Assembly (NCBI GenBank): GCA_041484665.1
Contig: JBGPIA010000006.1
Span: 96,001-160,000 of the forward strand
DNA: 64,000 nt
Direction of reading: 5' to 3'
Origin: Candidatus Krumholzibacteriia bacterium
Lineage (GTDB): Bacteria > Krumholzibacteriota > Krumholzibacteriia > JAJRXK01
Each line of letters begins with the position of its first letter. Positions within the stretch are counted from its first letter, which is position 1. The notes below the pieces were generated by a model. It did not search any database and was not told where the DNA came from. It saw only the letters and a program-made list of their open reading frames with translations. Shown here piece after piece: positions 40,201-49,712 of this stretch. The position numbers were made by a program, and so were the translations under genes.

Positions 40201-41842
40201 GCCAGCGGGCCCGGAACTTGTTGAAGAAGTCAGCGGGATTCGTCGGCGCGTCCCAACCCACCAGGTTGAAGATATCCTGGGCACCCAGGGCCAGCTCGTC
40301 CATCCCCGCTGGCTGTGCAGGTTCGTCGTCCTGGTTGGAGTCAGAGATATCCAGCAGCGCGGCCGTGAACGGCCCCTCGGTGATCCACGGGTCGTGCAAT
40401 GTCCCGTCGCTGCAGTTCTGGAGGCTCTCGTAGGAATCGGCCGGGTTGAACCGCGGCAACGGCGTCAGACCGTAGTCGGGCGCGAACGAGCTCCAGATCA
40501 CCTCTGCGACCCAGGACGGGAAGCCCTCGTTGAAGGCGTCGTGATTCGTCTCACGGCACCACGCGCAGTGTCCGCAATACTGGAACGGCCACCAGTCGTA
40601 GAAGGCGGTGTCGCAGATGCCGTTGCAGTAGTCCGGCGAGTTCAAGATCGCGAAGTTGTTCACGAAGTGGTGCCCGTACTCGTGGATGTACGTGAACTCG
40701 TCCCAGGTGCGCTGGGTGCTGATGTGGATCTCCTCGAAGAGGTCGTTGTAGTACGCCCCGTTGTCCCCGCTCGCCCACTGCACGTCGACCTGCGGAACGT
40801 TGCGTCCCTGGTCGACCAGGATGTATCGCCACGCCCGCGTGATGTCGGTCTGGATGCTCAACGGCGGCATGCGGTTGGGGTTGTCGGGCAGCACCCAGCC
40901 GACGTCGAGGAAGCTGCCGCCGTAGTCGCCCCAGGTGCCGGTTTCGTAGGTGTAGTCAGTCTCGAGGACGTCATCGGTCTGGGTCTGTACCACGGCTGTA
41001 TCGGTCTCGAAGTCCACGTAGATGTCCGGCTGACCGTCGCAGGTCCAGCAGGGGTCCCAGTCGAACTGGATGGAGAAGTAACCGTTGGGGTCGGTGGCCT
41101 GCGAGCCCAGCAGCTCGTCGCAGCACCAGTCGTCGTCGTAGACACGTGCGGCGGCGCCGTCCACGCCAACCACCTGTCCATCGGGCCGGCGGTACGTGAA
41201 GCGCCCCTGCACGGTGATGCGGCGGCTGCGCTCGGGGAGCGGGGGGTCGTTGGGATCCTCCAGACCCTCGGGCCGCACCACGCCCGGGCGCGGGTCCTTC
41301 GGCGGCGGGGGCGCCGCGGGCAGCGGCGCGATGGGACGGCTGTGGTCGATTCCCGGAAACGGAATGAGGGCTCCCTCGGGCAGCTGGACCAGGCGCCCCG
41401 GTTCGCGCAACTGGCGGAAACTCTCCTCGGATAGATGGAAGACCTTCTGGTACGGCCGACCGCCCACGTCGAGCTGGACCACCAGCGGCTCGTTGGGATC
41501 GAGCACATCCACGGCGAAGGGAACGCGCAGCGTCCCGCCCGCAGACATCTTCGCAACCGGCGGCAGCTGAAGCACCGGATTGCGCCAGCCCTTCGATGGC
41601 GCGATCTGGAGGTTCGTGAGCTCCGGGACCTTCGCGGGCGCCTCTCGGGTGATGATCTCCAGCACCCCCGCGTAGTGCTGGCCCGCGCGTGCCGGTTGGG
41701 GATCGCCTCCGAAGCGCACCTTGATCGGCGGCCCGACGGTGGCTCGGCAGGGGCACGCCGCGGCGAGCGTCCCCAGCACCATGCTGCAGACTGCCACGTG
41801 TCGCGGGGTCCAGCCATTGGGGTGGAGGCGAGCTGGGAACAT
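37265..41842 (-). CDS. Large secreted zinc metallopeptidase-like protein with a duplicated module and C-terminal FlgD-Ig domain
   Basis: Signal peptide; HEYGH...AFNEG (gluzincin-like); two copies of WY..VP...GGRHTL...E..NN..W; HPNPFNP...WDGTDD..ASGVY. Confidence 0.85.
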   Translation of the reverse strand: MFPARLHPNGWTPRHVAVCSMVLGTLAAACPCRATVGPPIKVRFGGDPQPARAGQHYAGVLEIITREAPAKVPELTNLQIAPSKGWRNPVLQLPPVAKMSAGGTLRVPFAVDVLDPNEPLVVQLDVGGRPYQKVFHLSEESFRQLREPGRLVQLPEGALIPFPGIDHSRPIAPLPAAPPPPKDPRPGVVRPEGLEDPNDPPLPERSRRITVQGRFTYRRPDGQVVGVDGAAARVYDDDWCCDELLGSQATDPNGYFSIQFDWDPCWTCDGQPDIYVDFETDTAVVQTQTDDVLETDYTYETGTWGDYGGSFLDVGWVLPDNPNRMPPLSIQTDITRAWRYILVDQGRNVPQVDVQWASGDNGAYYNDLFEEIHISTQRTWDEFTYIHEYGHHFVNNFAILNSPDYCNGICDTAFYDWWPFQYCGHCAWCRETNHDAFNEGFPSWVAEVIWSSFAPDYGLTPLPRFNPADSYESLQNCSDGTLHDPWITEGPFTAALLDISDSNQDDEPAQPAGMDELALGAQDIFNLVGWDAPTNPADFFNKFRARWPQRTEQLWATAKNNGYELDQFPPGVATALACPSHDLCFNCANPYVDFSWQRAPDDCSGIGGYSVVLALSLTPPDQTAEIGDVGGWHSGIMPAGAYWFTIRAVDRAGRWSPNYATYGPVTIRPPEPADLGWNLPFDWYGAVVPSPLPNAQWGSVSWPASLPGNHPAYEGDPEGTWVNVAGYNFGDLPASSWFGVGIYVDGTYTTGALVPPTAGFTPYRWNNGGPFLVRGGRHTLGVRHDQTNLIAEGNEYNNTWAHQYAWSASPIGAGVPISRAAPPNRVAGWDWVIDGSPLWFNSDAVQYSPVTWWTALVGGAVDNNDDYDLFLYPASGGGTSGYDASYYGFSAHNRGMLDALIVNSNTMGWGAWDVAVENYSGGSSDSRVLQVGNAEMPFNASGATAFGQGEMLKLWEIYVPGPGPVTAALALEATATQPVYAAWYDQGFTTGGLSSATAIAAVTPGTAVHLDVSAGTAGFYCLALSRDPVNGTAPFTLSMSVRTTPPDYQASTIGFPGWYAPLVPEPTPSGTLLSVPQPGSLPGDVASTYFNVVVRNESPAVAPAFFTNLYLDGVYGWWLYWDSAFPHSSNWLNWTTAWTIPGGRHTLAMLADPGNGVLELDESNNTNGQQWVWTPSVLAARTPVSRGAPGSRTGGWSQVTTGEVLWFDCDGLRTPIVKGNASGNGYWGAVAIMPLAGDVDVHLHERSTGAKSGFASPLRSSLWGINRSDYVLVDERITVPRAFEVGMTSAEPPTGTTNYVAEYVPSVTLGTAPATLTPPATLPAGRILDLYEIYFPIGAFDVRLINIAGSVNWGMTVHPADQPFQSKSTAVAEGLQDIYGPGMDESARLTISTAGSYAIAVWKSSATDLPLVGTYQLVVSSGATDVAGGAPAPRVTALAAVHPNPFNPRTTIEFDLAAAEDVTLAIFTLRGERVATLVSGTRPAGRQQVVWDGTDDRGAAVASGVYAVRLQGRDVTDVRKVVLAR

Positions 41843-42227
41843 GGGCGGCTCCTCGGCGTGCGGTTGCGGATCGTGGATCCGACCAAGGCGTTCGGGCCAG
41901 CGGGGGGTCCCCGTTCCGGGTCGGGGACGTACGACCCAGTGGCGCTGGCGCCCGGCGTCGATGGGCGCCCTGACCCCTTAACGCCAATCCGCAGCCGACC
42001 GAACAGCCCTCTGCTGCTGCCCTTCTCCCGCGATCCCGGTCCGAGGTAACTCTTGAACTGCGGGAGGGTCCCGGTCGTCGTGGAGCTCGACCTCACCTGG
42101 TACTGGGCCAATGCTCGCGGGGCTTCCGCCCGCCGCCGCCGGAAACTGCCCAGCCAAAGTCACGTATCAGGAGCCTGGAGTCAGGTCCAGGAATGCGCCG
42201 TCAGACACTTGACGGGGGGCCGCCCCA

Positions 42228-42788
42228 TCAGAGAAGTGGATCGACCGCACGCCCTGGGCGGGGGCCCCGCCGTGACAGCTCGGCGGAGGTGAGTGCTGCC
42301 TCCCGGTGCAGCGCGTGAGATGCGTCGAGCTGGACGGCGAAGTCCATGTAGAGGCCGTACATCCCGACGCGCGCAACGGTGCCTGCCGCCACGTCGCCGA
42401 TGCAGACCGGTTGGCCGATCTTGGCGCGGAGCTCTCCGTTTGCCGGAGGTTGCAGCCGGAGCAAGGCGCCCGTCGCGCTCACGTTGACCAGCGTAGCCCT
42501 GTAGGGCTGGCCATTCACCCTCACCTGCAGCGGCGCGTTCGCCTTGGAGCGAGCCGCGCGCCGGCGCTCGAAGAGGAAGCGCGGCGGTGCAGTCTCCGGC
42601 GAGAACGCGACCTCGAAAAAGCCGCTTTCGCGCCGACGCGCGACCAAGGCGACTCGGGCGATCGCCGCGACCGCACCGCCGGTTGCGCCGAGGCGGCGCA
42701 ATTTCGTCTTGGATGTGCCGGCATGGACCGCCAGGAACAGCCCGGCGGCGACGGCGGTTGCGGCCAGACCCCAAGCCGACGGTTTCAT
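42228..42788 (-). CDS. Membrane-anchored PilZ-domain protein
   Basis: ERRRAAR (RxxxR) and NVSATG (D/NxSxxG); hydrophobic N-terminus. Confidence 0.8.
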   Translation of the reverse strand: MKPSAWGLAATAVAAGLFLAVHAGTSKTKLRRLGATGGAVAAIARVALVARRRESGFFEVAFSPETAPPRFLFERRRAARSKANAPLQVRVNGQPYRATLVNVSATGALLRLQPPANGELRAKIGQPVCIGDVAAGTVARVGMYGLYMDFAVQLDASHALHREAALTSAELSRRGPRPGRAVDPLL

Positions 42789-43273
42789 ACTTTGCCTCCG
42801 CCGGCGCCCGGCGCGCGCCGGTGCAGCTTCGTGGCCAGCCCCGCGCCGGCGCGCGCCGCCGTGCCGCCGAACCAAGCAGCCAGCGCCGTACAGAACCCGA
42901 ACGTGCCCACGAAGAAGACCACGTAGGCCGCGCTCCCTTGCAGGAAGCACCCTGCAGCGAGAGCCACGCAGGCGGCGGCGAAGCCCCAAGCTTGTCCGGC
43001 GCGGCGTGCGTGGACCTCGCGCATCCACTCGTCCAGCACCGGCCGGACGACGGTCTCGTAGTATCGCAGATTCATCGCATTGAGACGCTCGGCGGCCACC
43101 AGGTCAGCGTCGTCCAGATGCGTCCCCAGGACGCGGCGGTTGATCTCGTCGGGCGCGATGGGCAACAGCTTCTCGACGGCCCGCATTTCTTCCAGGAAGG
43201 GCCGTTCGAGGACGGTGGTGGTGCCGCCTTCCGCCGCAGATCCACCGCCACCGCGTAAACGTCGCAGCTTCAC
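42785..43273 (-). CDS. Hypothetical protein with two C-terminal TM helices
   Basis: GTG start after GGGGAG; ATGA overlap with the PilZ gene. Confidence 0.6.
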   Translation of the reverse strand: MKLRRLRGGGGSAAEGGTTTVLERPFLEEMRAVEKLLPIAPDEINRRVLGTHLDDADLVAAERLNAMNLRYYETVVRPVLDEWMREVHARRAGQAWGFAAACVALAAGCFLQGSAAYVVFFVGTFGFCTALAAWFGGTAARAGAGLATKLHRRAPGAGGGKV

Positions 43274-43799
43274 GTCGTACTCCCCGGGCTGCGTGGAGGG
43301 GGACCACGGCCGCAAGGATGGAGGGGCTCGCCCAGGGCGCAGCAGATCGCGTGCCGCGGCGCGGCGCGGCAATCCACGTAGCGATCCGAAGCGCGCGGCC
43401 CCCGCGCTCAGGGCGCGGTGTCGCTGCGGGCTGTGCGCGATGGAGCTCTGCGCGAGGAGCTGCGACGCCGTGCACCTGCTCTCCCGCCCCGGGATCAACG
43501 ATGCGAGCAAGCAGGTCTGAATCATCGATTGCAAGTCTGGCGAGACCGGCGCAGCGAGCGGCCGATTTCGCGACCTCGGGCAATGACTCCACGAGCCTGA
43601 GCATACAGGGATGTCTAGGGAGTCTGTGGATCGACACTCGGGCTGACGCCGTAGGCTCGAGCCATCTCGTACGTGCTTCACGGCGAACCATGTGAAATAT
43701 TGACGGGCGGCTGGTGCCATTGACGCGGGCCGTCCCCGTATCTATATGACATCCATACCGACCTGCAGTCCGATGCACCGATGCCCTCGGTGCGAAACC

Positions 43800-44153
43800 A
43801 TGAGGACGTCCATGGGACTTGGCATCACCATCGTGGCCGGATTGGCCCTGCTGCTCCATCTGCCGGCGCATCCGGCGCTCGCGCAATCGCCCTCACCGCA
43901 TGTGCCGGCGCATGCGGTTCTAGGAACGATCCACGCGCTCGGCGCAGACGATGGCAGCGTGGAGCTGATCACCGGCGTCGGCCACGCCCTCCGATTGGTC
44001 CAAATCAAGGTGGAACCGAAGACGCGCGTCGAGAGCGGTGGCACAACGCTCCACCTGCGCGACCTGCAGTGCGGCGACATCGTGCGCGCCGAGTGCCTGG
44101 CCACCGGGACCGGCCACGTGGCGACCTTCATCGAACGGGTGCACCGGCCATGA
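43800..44153 (+). CDS. Small secreted protein, OB-fold-like
   Basis: Signal peptide (..HPALA); LRDLQCGDIVRAE motif; ATGA overlap with the next gene. Confidence 0.65.
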   Translation: MRTSMGLGITIVAGLALLLHLPAHPALAQSPSPHVPAHAVLGTIHALGADDGSVELITGVGHALRLVQIKVEPKTRVESGGTTLHLRDLQCGDIVRAECLATGTGHVATFIERVHRP

Positions 44154-45313
44154 GTCGAGCGCCCTTGAGCCCTTGCATCGCGGTGTTGGTCGGCGCCGCT
44201 TTGGTGGCGTCGGCGTGCAGCCGGCCGCTGTTGCCCGGTGACCCGGTGCGCGGTTTGACGCGCGAGGAGCGCACGCGCTTCGAGCGTGGCCGCGCGGTCT
44301 TCGACAGCGTGTTCACCGCTGCGAACGGTCTGGGCCCCTTGTTCAACGCCCCCAGCTGCGGCGAGTGCCACGAGGCGCCGGTGCCCGGTGGGTCCGGGGA
44401 CGAGGTCGAGGAGCATGCGACTGCGTCCGGTGCCGACGGGGCGTGCGATCCTCTGGTCGAATTCGGTGGTTTCGTTTTCCAACAGCATGCGACGCCCGCG
44501 CTGACAGCTGCGCTGGGGATCGACCGCGAGCCGCTGCCGGCGCAGGCGACGACAGTGGGCCACCGGACGACGCCCGTCTTGTTCGGCCGCGGCTTACTCG
44601 ATGCGGTGCCCGACTCGGTGATCCTCGCCTACGCTGACCCGGACGATCGCAACCACGATGGAATCTCCGGGCGAGCCAATCGCTTCTTTGACGGGCGGCT
44701 GGGCCGCTTTGGGCGCAAGGCCCTGGTCCCCACGCTGCGCGAGTTCAACGACGGGGCTTTCGTGATCGAGATGGGTGTGACGAATCCCGCGGTGCCGACG
44801 GAGGAGACAGTGGGAGGACGGCCGCTGCCCGCTGGCGTCGACCCAGCGCCAGACCCCGAACTCACGGAGGAGGCGGCCGAGCTAGCGGATACGTTCGTGC
44901 GCCTGCTGGCGCCGCCGACGCCGCTCAAGGCGTCCCGCGCAGCGCGGCGGGGACGCGGGCTCTTCTCGCGCATCGGCTGCTCGGCCTGCCACATGCCGAC
45001 GCTCGTTACGGGGGAGGCGCCGATCGCCGCTCTGCGCCACAAGAAGGTCGCGGCCTACACCGACCTGCTGCTCCACGATCTGGGACCTACGCTGGGCGAC
45101 ATCTGCCTGGGTCTTGCGACGCCCACCGAGTTCCGGACCGAGCCGTTGCTCGGCCTGCGCAGCGCACAGAGCTTCCTCCACGATGGGCGCGCGGCGACAC
45201 CGGAAGCGGCGATCGAGCTTCATGGTGGCGAGGCGACCGCTGCCCGCGATCGATTCACCGCCCTCAGCGCATACGACCGGGCGGCGTTGATCGCATTCCT
45301 GAGAACGCTCTAG
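44150..45313 (+). CDS. Di-heme oxidoreductase (DHOR-like) lipoprotein
   Basis: Lipobox LVASAC; GLGPLFNAPSCGECH, DPDDRNHDGISGR, GRFGRKA, CSACH, YTDLLLHDLG, FLHDGRA. Confidence 0.9.
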   Translation: MSRAPLSPCIAVLVGAALVASACSRPLLPGDPVRGLTREERTRFERGRAVFDSVFTAANGLGPLFNAPSCGECHEAPVPGGSGDEVEEHATASGADGACDPLVEFGGFVFQQHATPALTAALGIDREPLPAQATTVGHRTTPVLFGRGLLDAVPDSVILAYADPDDRNHDGISGRANRFFDGRLGRFGRKALVPTLREFNDGAFVIEMGVTNPAVPTEETVGGRPLPAGVDPAPDPELTEEAAELADTFVRLLAPPTPLKASRAARRGRGLFSRIGCSACHMPTLVTGEAPIAALRHKKVAAYTDLLLHDLGPTLGDICLGLATPTEFRTEPLLGLRSAQSFLHDGRAATPEAAIELHGGEATAARDRFTALSAYDRAALIAFLRTL

Positions 45314-45669
45314 GCCGGCGCGGGTTTGGCGGCGAACTGGCCGATCGCCTCGCGGGCACCACGGGCGCAGGCTCCACGCGCACGGCACCCGACGACCGCT
45401 GTCCAACCGGCAGTTGGGGAAGGCTCTGGCGGCGTGTCTACGAACTGGACCCCGATTCGCCGGACCCAACCGGGTGGCAGTCTCATGCCGCAGTCGCGGG
45501 TGTCACCTCTCGAAGCCGAGCACGGGCTCCAGCCACTCGATCATCAGCTGAGTGCTTTCCTTCGAGACCGGTATGGGATCGGCATCGTGCGCCGGGTCCG
45601 TAGTGGCAGCCCTGAAGTGATTCGTGCCCGCGACCGTGCGAATCGTCACCCCGGCGCCGGCGCCGCGCC

Positions 45670-47928
45670 TCACCGCAGAACGGCGAGCTTGCTCGTCTTC
45701 GCAGAGCGGCCGCTCGCGACGTGCAGCAGATAGATGCCGCCGGCGACCCCCACGCGCTCGTCGTCGCGCCCATCCCAGGTCACCACGTGCTCGCCCGCTG
45801 CTTGCTGTCCGGCGAGCAGTCGCCGCACGCGGCGTCCCTTCAGGTCGAAGATGTCCACGGTCACGCTGCCGGCGCGCGCCAGGGCGTAGTGGATCGCACC
45901 CGGCGCCAGGAACGGAGTCGCGTGGCCGATCCAGCGCACGTCGCTCTCCTCGTTCGCGCCTCGGATGTCGTCACCCACCCCGGTCACGTCCTTGCGCCAA
46001 CCGAGCGTCGGATCGGTATCCGTGTCGGTGGAGACGCCGGGCGTGACGTACGAGTCGGGCGGATTCGCCGATTCCAGGGAGCCTCGGCCATCGGCCATGT
46101 CCAGCCCGGTCTCCAGGCCCAGCACGCCGTCGATCTGCGAGACGAGCGCCGCGTCCAGCGCATGCACGAAGTACAACTTCCCGGGGATCACGCCGCGCCC
46201 CTGCGCGACCGCCACGTGCGGGCCCAGTGACGGCACCGGCTCAAAGCGTACCCGGGCCTCGTCATGGGCCGGGCTCTCCTCCGGCAGATAGAGGAACGCT
46301 CCGCCGGGCGCAAACTTGTCCACGAGCCCGATGTCGACATCGGTCTGCAACCCGCCGACGTTCACACCGTTGACGATTTCGAAGAACAGGGGCTCGAGGT
46401 CGGGCGGCGTATGGGCGAACAGGACGCTCGCGTCGCCATTGGCGTCCTTCGTCACCGGCGTGTACAGCCGATTCGCGGTGAGAGCACCGGCCGTGATCGA
46501 GACCCACAGCGGGTCGACCGAGCGCGGGAATCCCCAGCCCGGTCCCAGAAAGCTCGAGAGCGCCAGGAAGTCCGACACCTGGCCGTTGACCGGACTCATC
46601 GCAAAGAGCGATCCCTCTCCCGCGGCCGTCTCCATCGGCACGACCACGTACTTCTCCCAGCGTACCGGCTCCACGCCCACCTCGAAGCCCGCCACGACGA
46701 GCCCGGGGTTGCGGACAAGATCCTCCGCGTGCGCCATGAGCGCACCGGTCGCGGGATCGAGCAACAGGACGTCGGCGTCGCTACCGGCCGCGTTCTCCAC
46801 GGCGACGACCAGCCGGTTCACCCCGGCCACGCCGCACAGTGGCACCACATCCACACCCTTCTCGTAGCCGGGAATCGTCACTCCCTGCCCGCCGCCGTCG
46901 ACCGAGTACACCCACTGCGCGACGCCGTCCTCATCTAGCAGGTAGAGATCCGAATCGTCGCCTGGCCCCTCTTGCGGCACGAGGATCGACCGATGCGCCA
47001 GGCCGCACTGGCCGCCGAGGTACAATGCGATGTCCACGTCGGTCTCGTATCCGGGGAACCGGGTGGGATGGCCCCCGGCGGCAGTGTTGAGGTCGCGCAC
47101 GCTGATCACGCCCGGGTGGAGCAGCGGTGGGAGGTCGCCCCCCACATGGTCCGACTCGAAATCGATCAGCAGGAGGTTGGCCCCAGCCGCGGACTGCACC
47201 GGCAGAGCGAGCCTCACGCTGGTACTCGTCCGGTAGGCGACCGGATCCACTGCGTCGGGGAGCCCGGGGAGCCAGTCGACCTGCGCTGTACCTGCGCATC
47301 CGGCCCGCCCGTCGGTGGAGACCAGCAGGCAGCTCCCCCAGTCGCCGTCGCTCGACTCCGCGTCGACGACCACGATGCCGCGCACCGCTTGGTTCTCGCT
47401 CGCCAGCGGGAAAAAGAGCAGCGCGTCCGGATAGTCGGAGATCACGCCGTCAATGTCGGGCTTGAAGCCCAGATCGCCGAGCGCGATGTCGACTTGTCCC
47501 AGCACGGCTCCGCTGGAGTCCAGCTGCAGCACGAGCAGCTTGGCCAGGTCGCCATCCTCGGACTCGGTTGGCACGAACGCGAACGTGTTCCCCGCGTGGT
47601 CCGTGAACACGATCGGGTCGACTCCATTCTCGAAGCCGAGCGTGGGAATCACCACGGGGTCGTTCAGGTTCAGCGGCTGGCCGGTGGCGGCATCCAGGTC
47701 GATGATGGTCAGCTGCGCGCTCGAGCCGTCTTCCGCCTCTTCGGGCACCAGGAGGAACTCGCGATTGGGCGCTACGACCAGGTCGACGTCGTCCTCGAAA
47801 CCCAGGGTGGTCAGGAAGGAGGCGGCGTGCCCAGCGGGCGCGGTGGCCGTGGCGACGAGCACGAGCAGCGCGAGGAATCCACACGTGCCGCGCGCTCGGG
47901 TGGGTCGTGGGGTCTGGCCCTTTCTCAT
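45670..47928 (-). CDS. Secreted repeat protein (probable beta-propeller) with C-terminal FlgD-Ig domain
   Basis: Signal peptide; ten G[FYL]xxx[VIL][DE] repeats; IFDLKGRRVRRL..WDGRDD..GGIY. Confidence 0.8.
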   Translation of the reverse strand: MRKGQTPRPTRARGTCGFLALLVLVATATAPAGHAASFLTTLGFEDDVDLVVAPNREFLLVPEEAEDGSSAQLTIIDLDAATGQPLNLNDPVVIPTLGFENGVDPIVFTDHAGNTFAFVPTESEDGDLAKLLVLQLDSSGAVLGQVDIALGDLGFKPDIDGVISDYPDALLFFPLASENQAVRGIVVVDAESSDGDWGSCLLVSTDGRAGCAGTAQVDWLPGLPDAVDPVAYRTSTSVRLALPVQSAAGANLLLIDFESDHVGGDLPPLLHPGVISVRDLNTAAGGHPTRFPGYETDVDIALYLGGQCGLAHRSILVPQEGPGDDSDLYLLDEDGVAQWVYSVDGGGQGVTIPGYEKGVDVVPLCGVAGVNRLVVAVENAAGSDADVLLLDPATGALMAHAEDLVRNPGLVVAGFEVGVEPVRWEKYVVVPMETAAGEGSLFAMSPVNGQVSDFLALSSFLGPGWGFPRSVDPLWVSITAGALTANRLYTPVTKDANGDASVLFAHTPPDLEPLFFEIVNGVNVGGLQTDVDIGLVDKFAPGGAFLYLPEESPAHDEARVRFEPVPSLGPHVAVAQGRGVIPGKLYFVHALDAALVSQIDGVLGLETGLDMADGRGSLESANPPDSYVTPGVSTDTDTDPTLGWRKDVTGVGDDIRGANEESDVRWIGHATPFLAPGAIHYALARAGSVTVDIFDLKGRRVRRLLAGQQAAGEHVVTWDGRDDERVGVAGGIYLLHVASGRSAKTSKLAVLR

Positions 47929-48414
47929 GGCCGATGCTCCTTCTTTGGGGGATGACGTCGCCGGGAAGCAGGCGCTCGAGGCGACGTCCCCACAGCCCTG
48001 CGGCACAACTGAGCGTGCGCGGCCCGCTACGCGCATCCGGAACACGACGCGAGTGCGGCAGGAAGTTGCACCAGACCGATGGTAAGGGGGCATTGGCGGG
48101 CCCGCGGTACAGCAGGCCGAGCGTCACCGGGGGAGCCCAGCGCGCGGCGGGCGCGTGGCAGCCGGGGTCTACTTCCTACGCTTCACCACGGCAGCGTGGG
48201 GCAAGACGCTGCGCGTTATGCTCGCCAAGTGAGCGGACGTGGGGATCCTGTCTGATGTGCCGCTCCCGCCTGCGCTGGTTCGGCCTCCCTGGCGCATCCG
48301 GGCGGGCGCAAGGAAACGAAAACCCACAGGAACGACGCTTCGCGGGAGCGTCGCACGGTGGGCAAGCGCGTTGTACACCGTGGAGTCTTGGGGTACGATC
48401 TAAGCACGGCGCGC

Positions 48415-48448
48415 ACGGAGCTCCACACTGACGGAGCTCCACACTGAC
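48415..48448. repeat. 16-bp perfect tandem duplication ACGGAGCTCCACACTG in a divergent intergenic region
   Basis: Copies at 48415-48430 and 48431-48446. Confidence 0.8.
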
Positions 48449-48582
48449 CATGTGCGTTGCGCCTCCGCTGCGCTCCGTCCGCGCCTTCTCGATGGCCGCC
48501 GGCACGACCGCGCCGGCGGCCTGCGCTTTGTTCGATCGTCGTTCTCATTCGCGAGCGATCGCGAAAGGCTGGAAGGAACGTC

Positions 48583-49566
48583 ATGAATTGTTCACGCGCA
48601 AGAATGGTCGCCGCATCGAGTGTCATGGTGGCACCGCTGTTGCTCATCGCTGCGTTCGCAGTTCCTGCGTTCGCCCAGCAGAAGTCGAAGAGCCCGCACT
48701 TCGCCAAGCCCATCGACTCCGTGGAATACGTCGCCAAGTCGACGATCGCCGAGCTGGAGCCCAACGGCTCGACTGCGACAGCGAGTGGTCCGCTGACCAA
48801 TGGCGATGCCGGCACGGGGGTGTTGCCCATCTCGACCGACATCGACTTCTGGATTCTCAATGTGACCGCGACGGGCATCTGGAGCATCGGGACCAACCCC
48901 GGACCATCTCCCGCAATCGGGGGGACAATCGTGCAGCTGTGGGATAGTTCCCATGTGATCGCCTTCGACTACTTATGCGGTCCTGGCGACTATTCTCTGA
49001 TCGCCTACAATTTCACGGCCACGGGCATCTACTATGTTGCCGTGCGAAGCGGAGGCCTATTTGATTCCTACCCAGGCAACTACGAGCTGAACGTCAACGG
49101 GCCGGTGGCGCCGCCCGCCAACGAATCCTGCGCAACCGTCATCGCTGTTCCTTTTGTCGGGAGCTACTCGGCGACCATCAACATGGACGTGGCAACCAAC
49201 GACTACAGCCCGCCCCTGACTGGCTGCACAGGCTATGACGCAATCGGGGGGGACGTCGTCTATGCCGTGACGCTGACAGCGGGTCAGGAGATCACGGTGG
49301 AGTGGGATCCGGTGTACTTCGACGCCTCGTTGTACGTCGTGACGAACTGCGCAGACCTCGCTGGGACGTGCGTCGCTGGGTCGGACGCCGGCACGGACGG
49401 CGACCCCGAGACGGTCACGTTCCAGAATACGACCGGCGTCATTACCACGTACTACATCATCTGCGACTCCTACTTTTGCTCCGGCGGCAACGGAACTTTG
49501 ACGATCCAGTCCGCGGTGGCCGACGGCGCGCGGAGCTGGGGCGCTACCAAAGCACTCTATCGTTAG
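48583..49566 (+). CDS. Secreted protein with pre-peptidase C-terminal (PPC)-like domains and a SWGxxK tail
   Basis: Signal peptide; ELEPNG..DIDFW, GIYYVAV, GGDVVYAV; ends SWGATKALYR. Confidence 0.8.
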   Translation: MNCSRARMVAASSVMVAPLLLIAAFAVPAFAQQKSKSPHFAKPIDSVEYVAKSTIAELEPNGSTATASGPLTNGDAGTGVLPISTDIDFWILNVTATGIWSIGTNPGPSPAIGGTIVQLWDSSHVIAFDYLCGPGDYSLIAYNFTATGIYYVAVRSGGLFDSYPGNYELNVNGPVAPPANESCATVIAVPFVGSYSATINMDVATNDYSPPLTGCTGYDAIGGDVVYAVTLTAGQEITVEWDPVYFDASLYVVTNCADLAGTCVAGSDAGTDGDPETVTFQNTTGVITTYYIICDSYFCSGGNGTLTIQSAVADGARSWGATKALYR

Positions 49567-49712
49567 GTCGGGATACGTATAGCCCTTCACGCCGAAGCCG
49601 CGCAGCGAGCTCCTGCCGATCGCGCGGGACTGGAGTGCCGCGAGTAGCGGGCGTCGCGGCTCCTGAGCGGACGCCCGCGTCCCCCAGGCCGGCTTGAGCT
49701 CCGGCCAGCCCC

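Noticed and set aside
43720..43748. Sigma70 promoter TTGACG-17-TATATG
   Set aside because: The -10 element lacks the conserved final T; not supportable as a feature.
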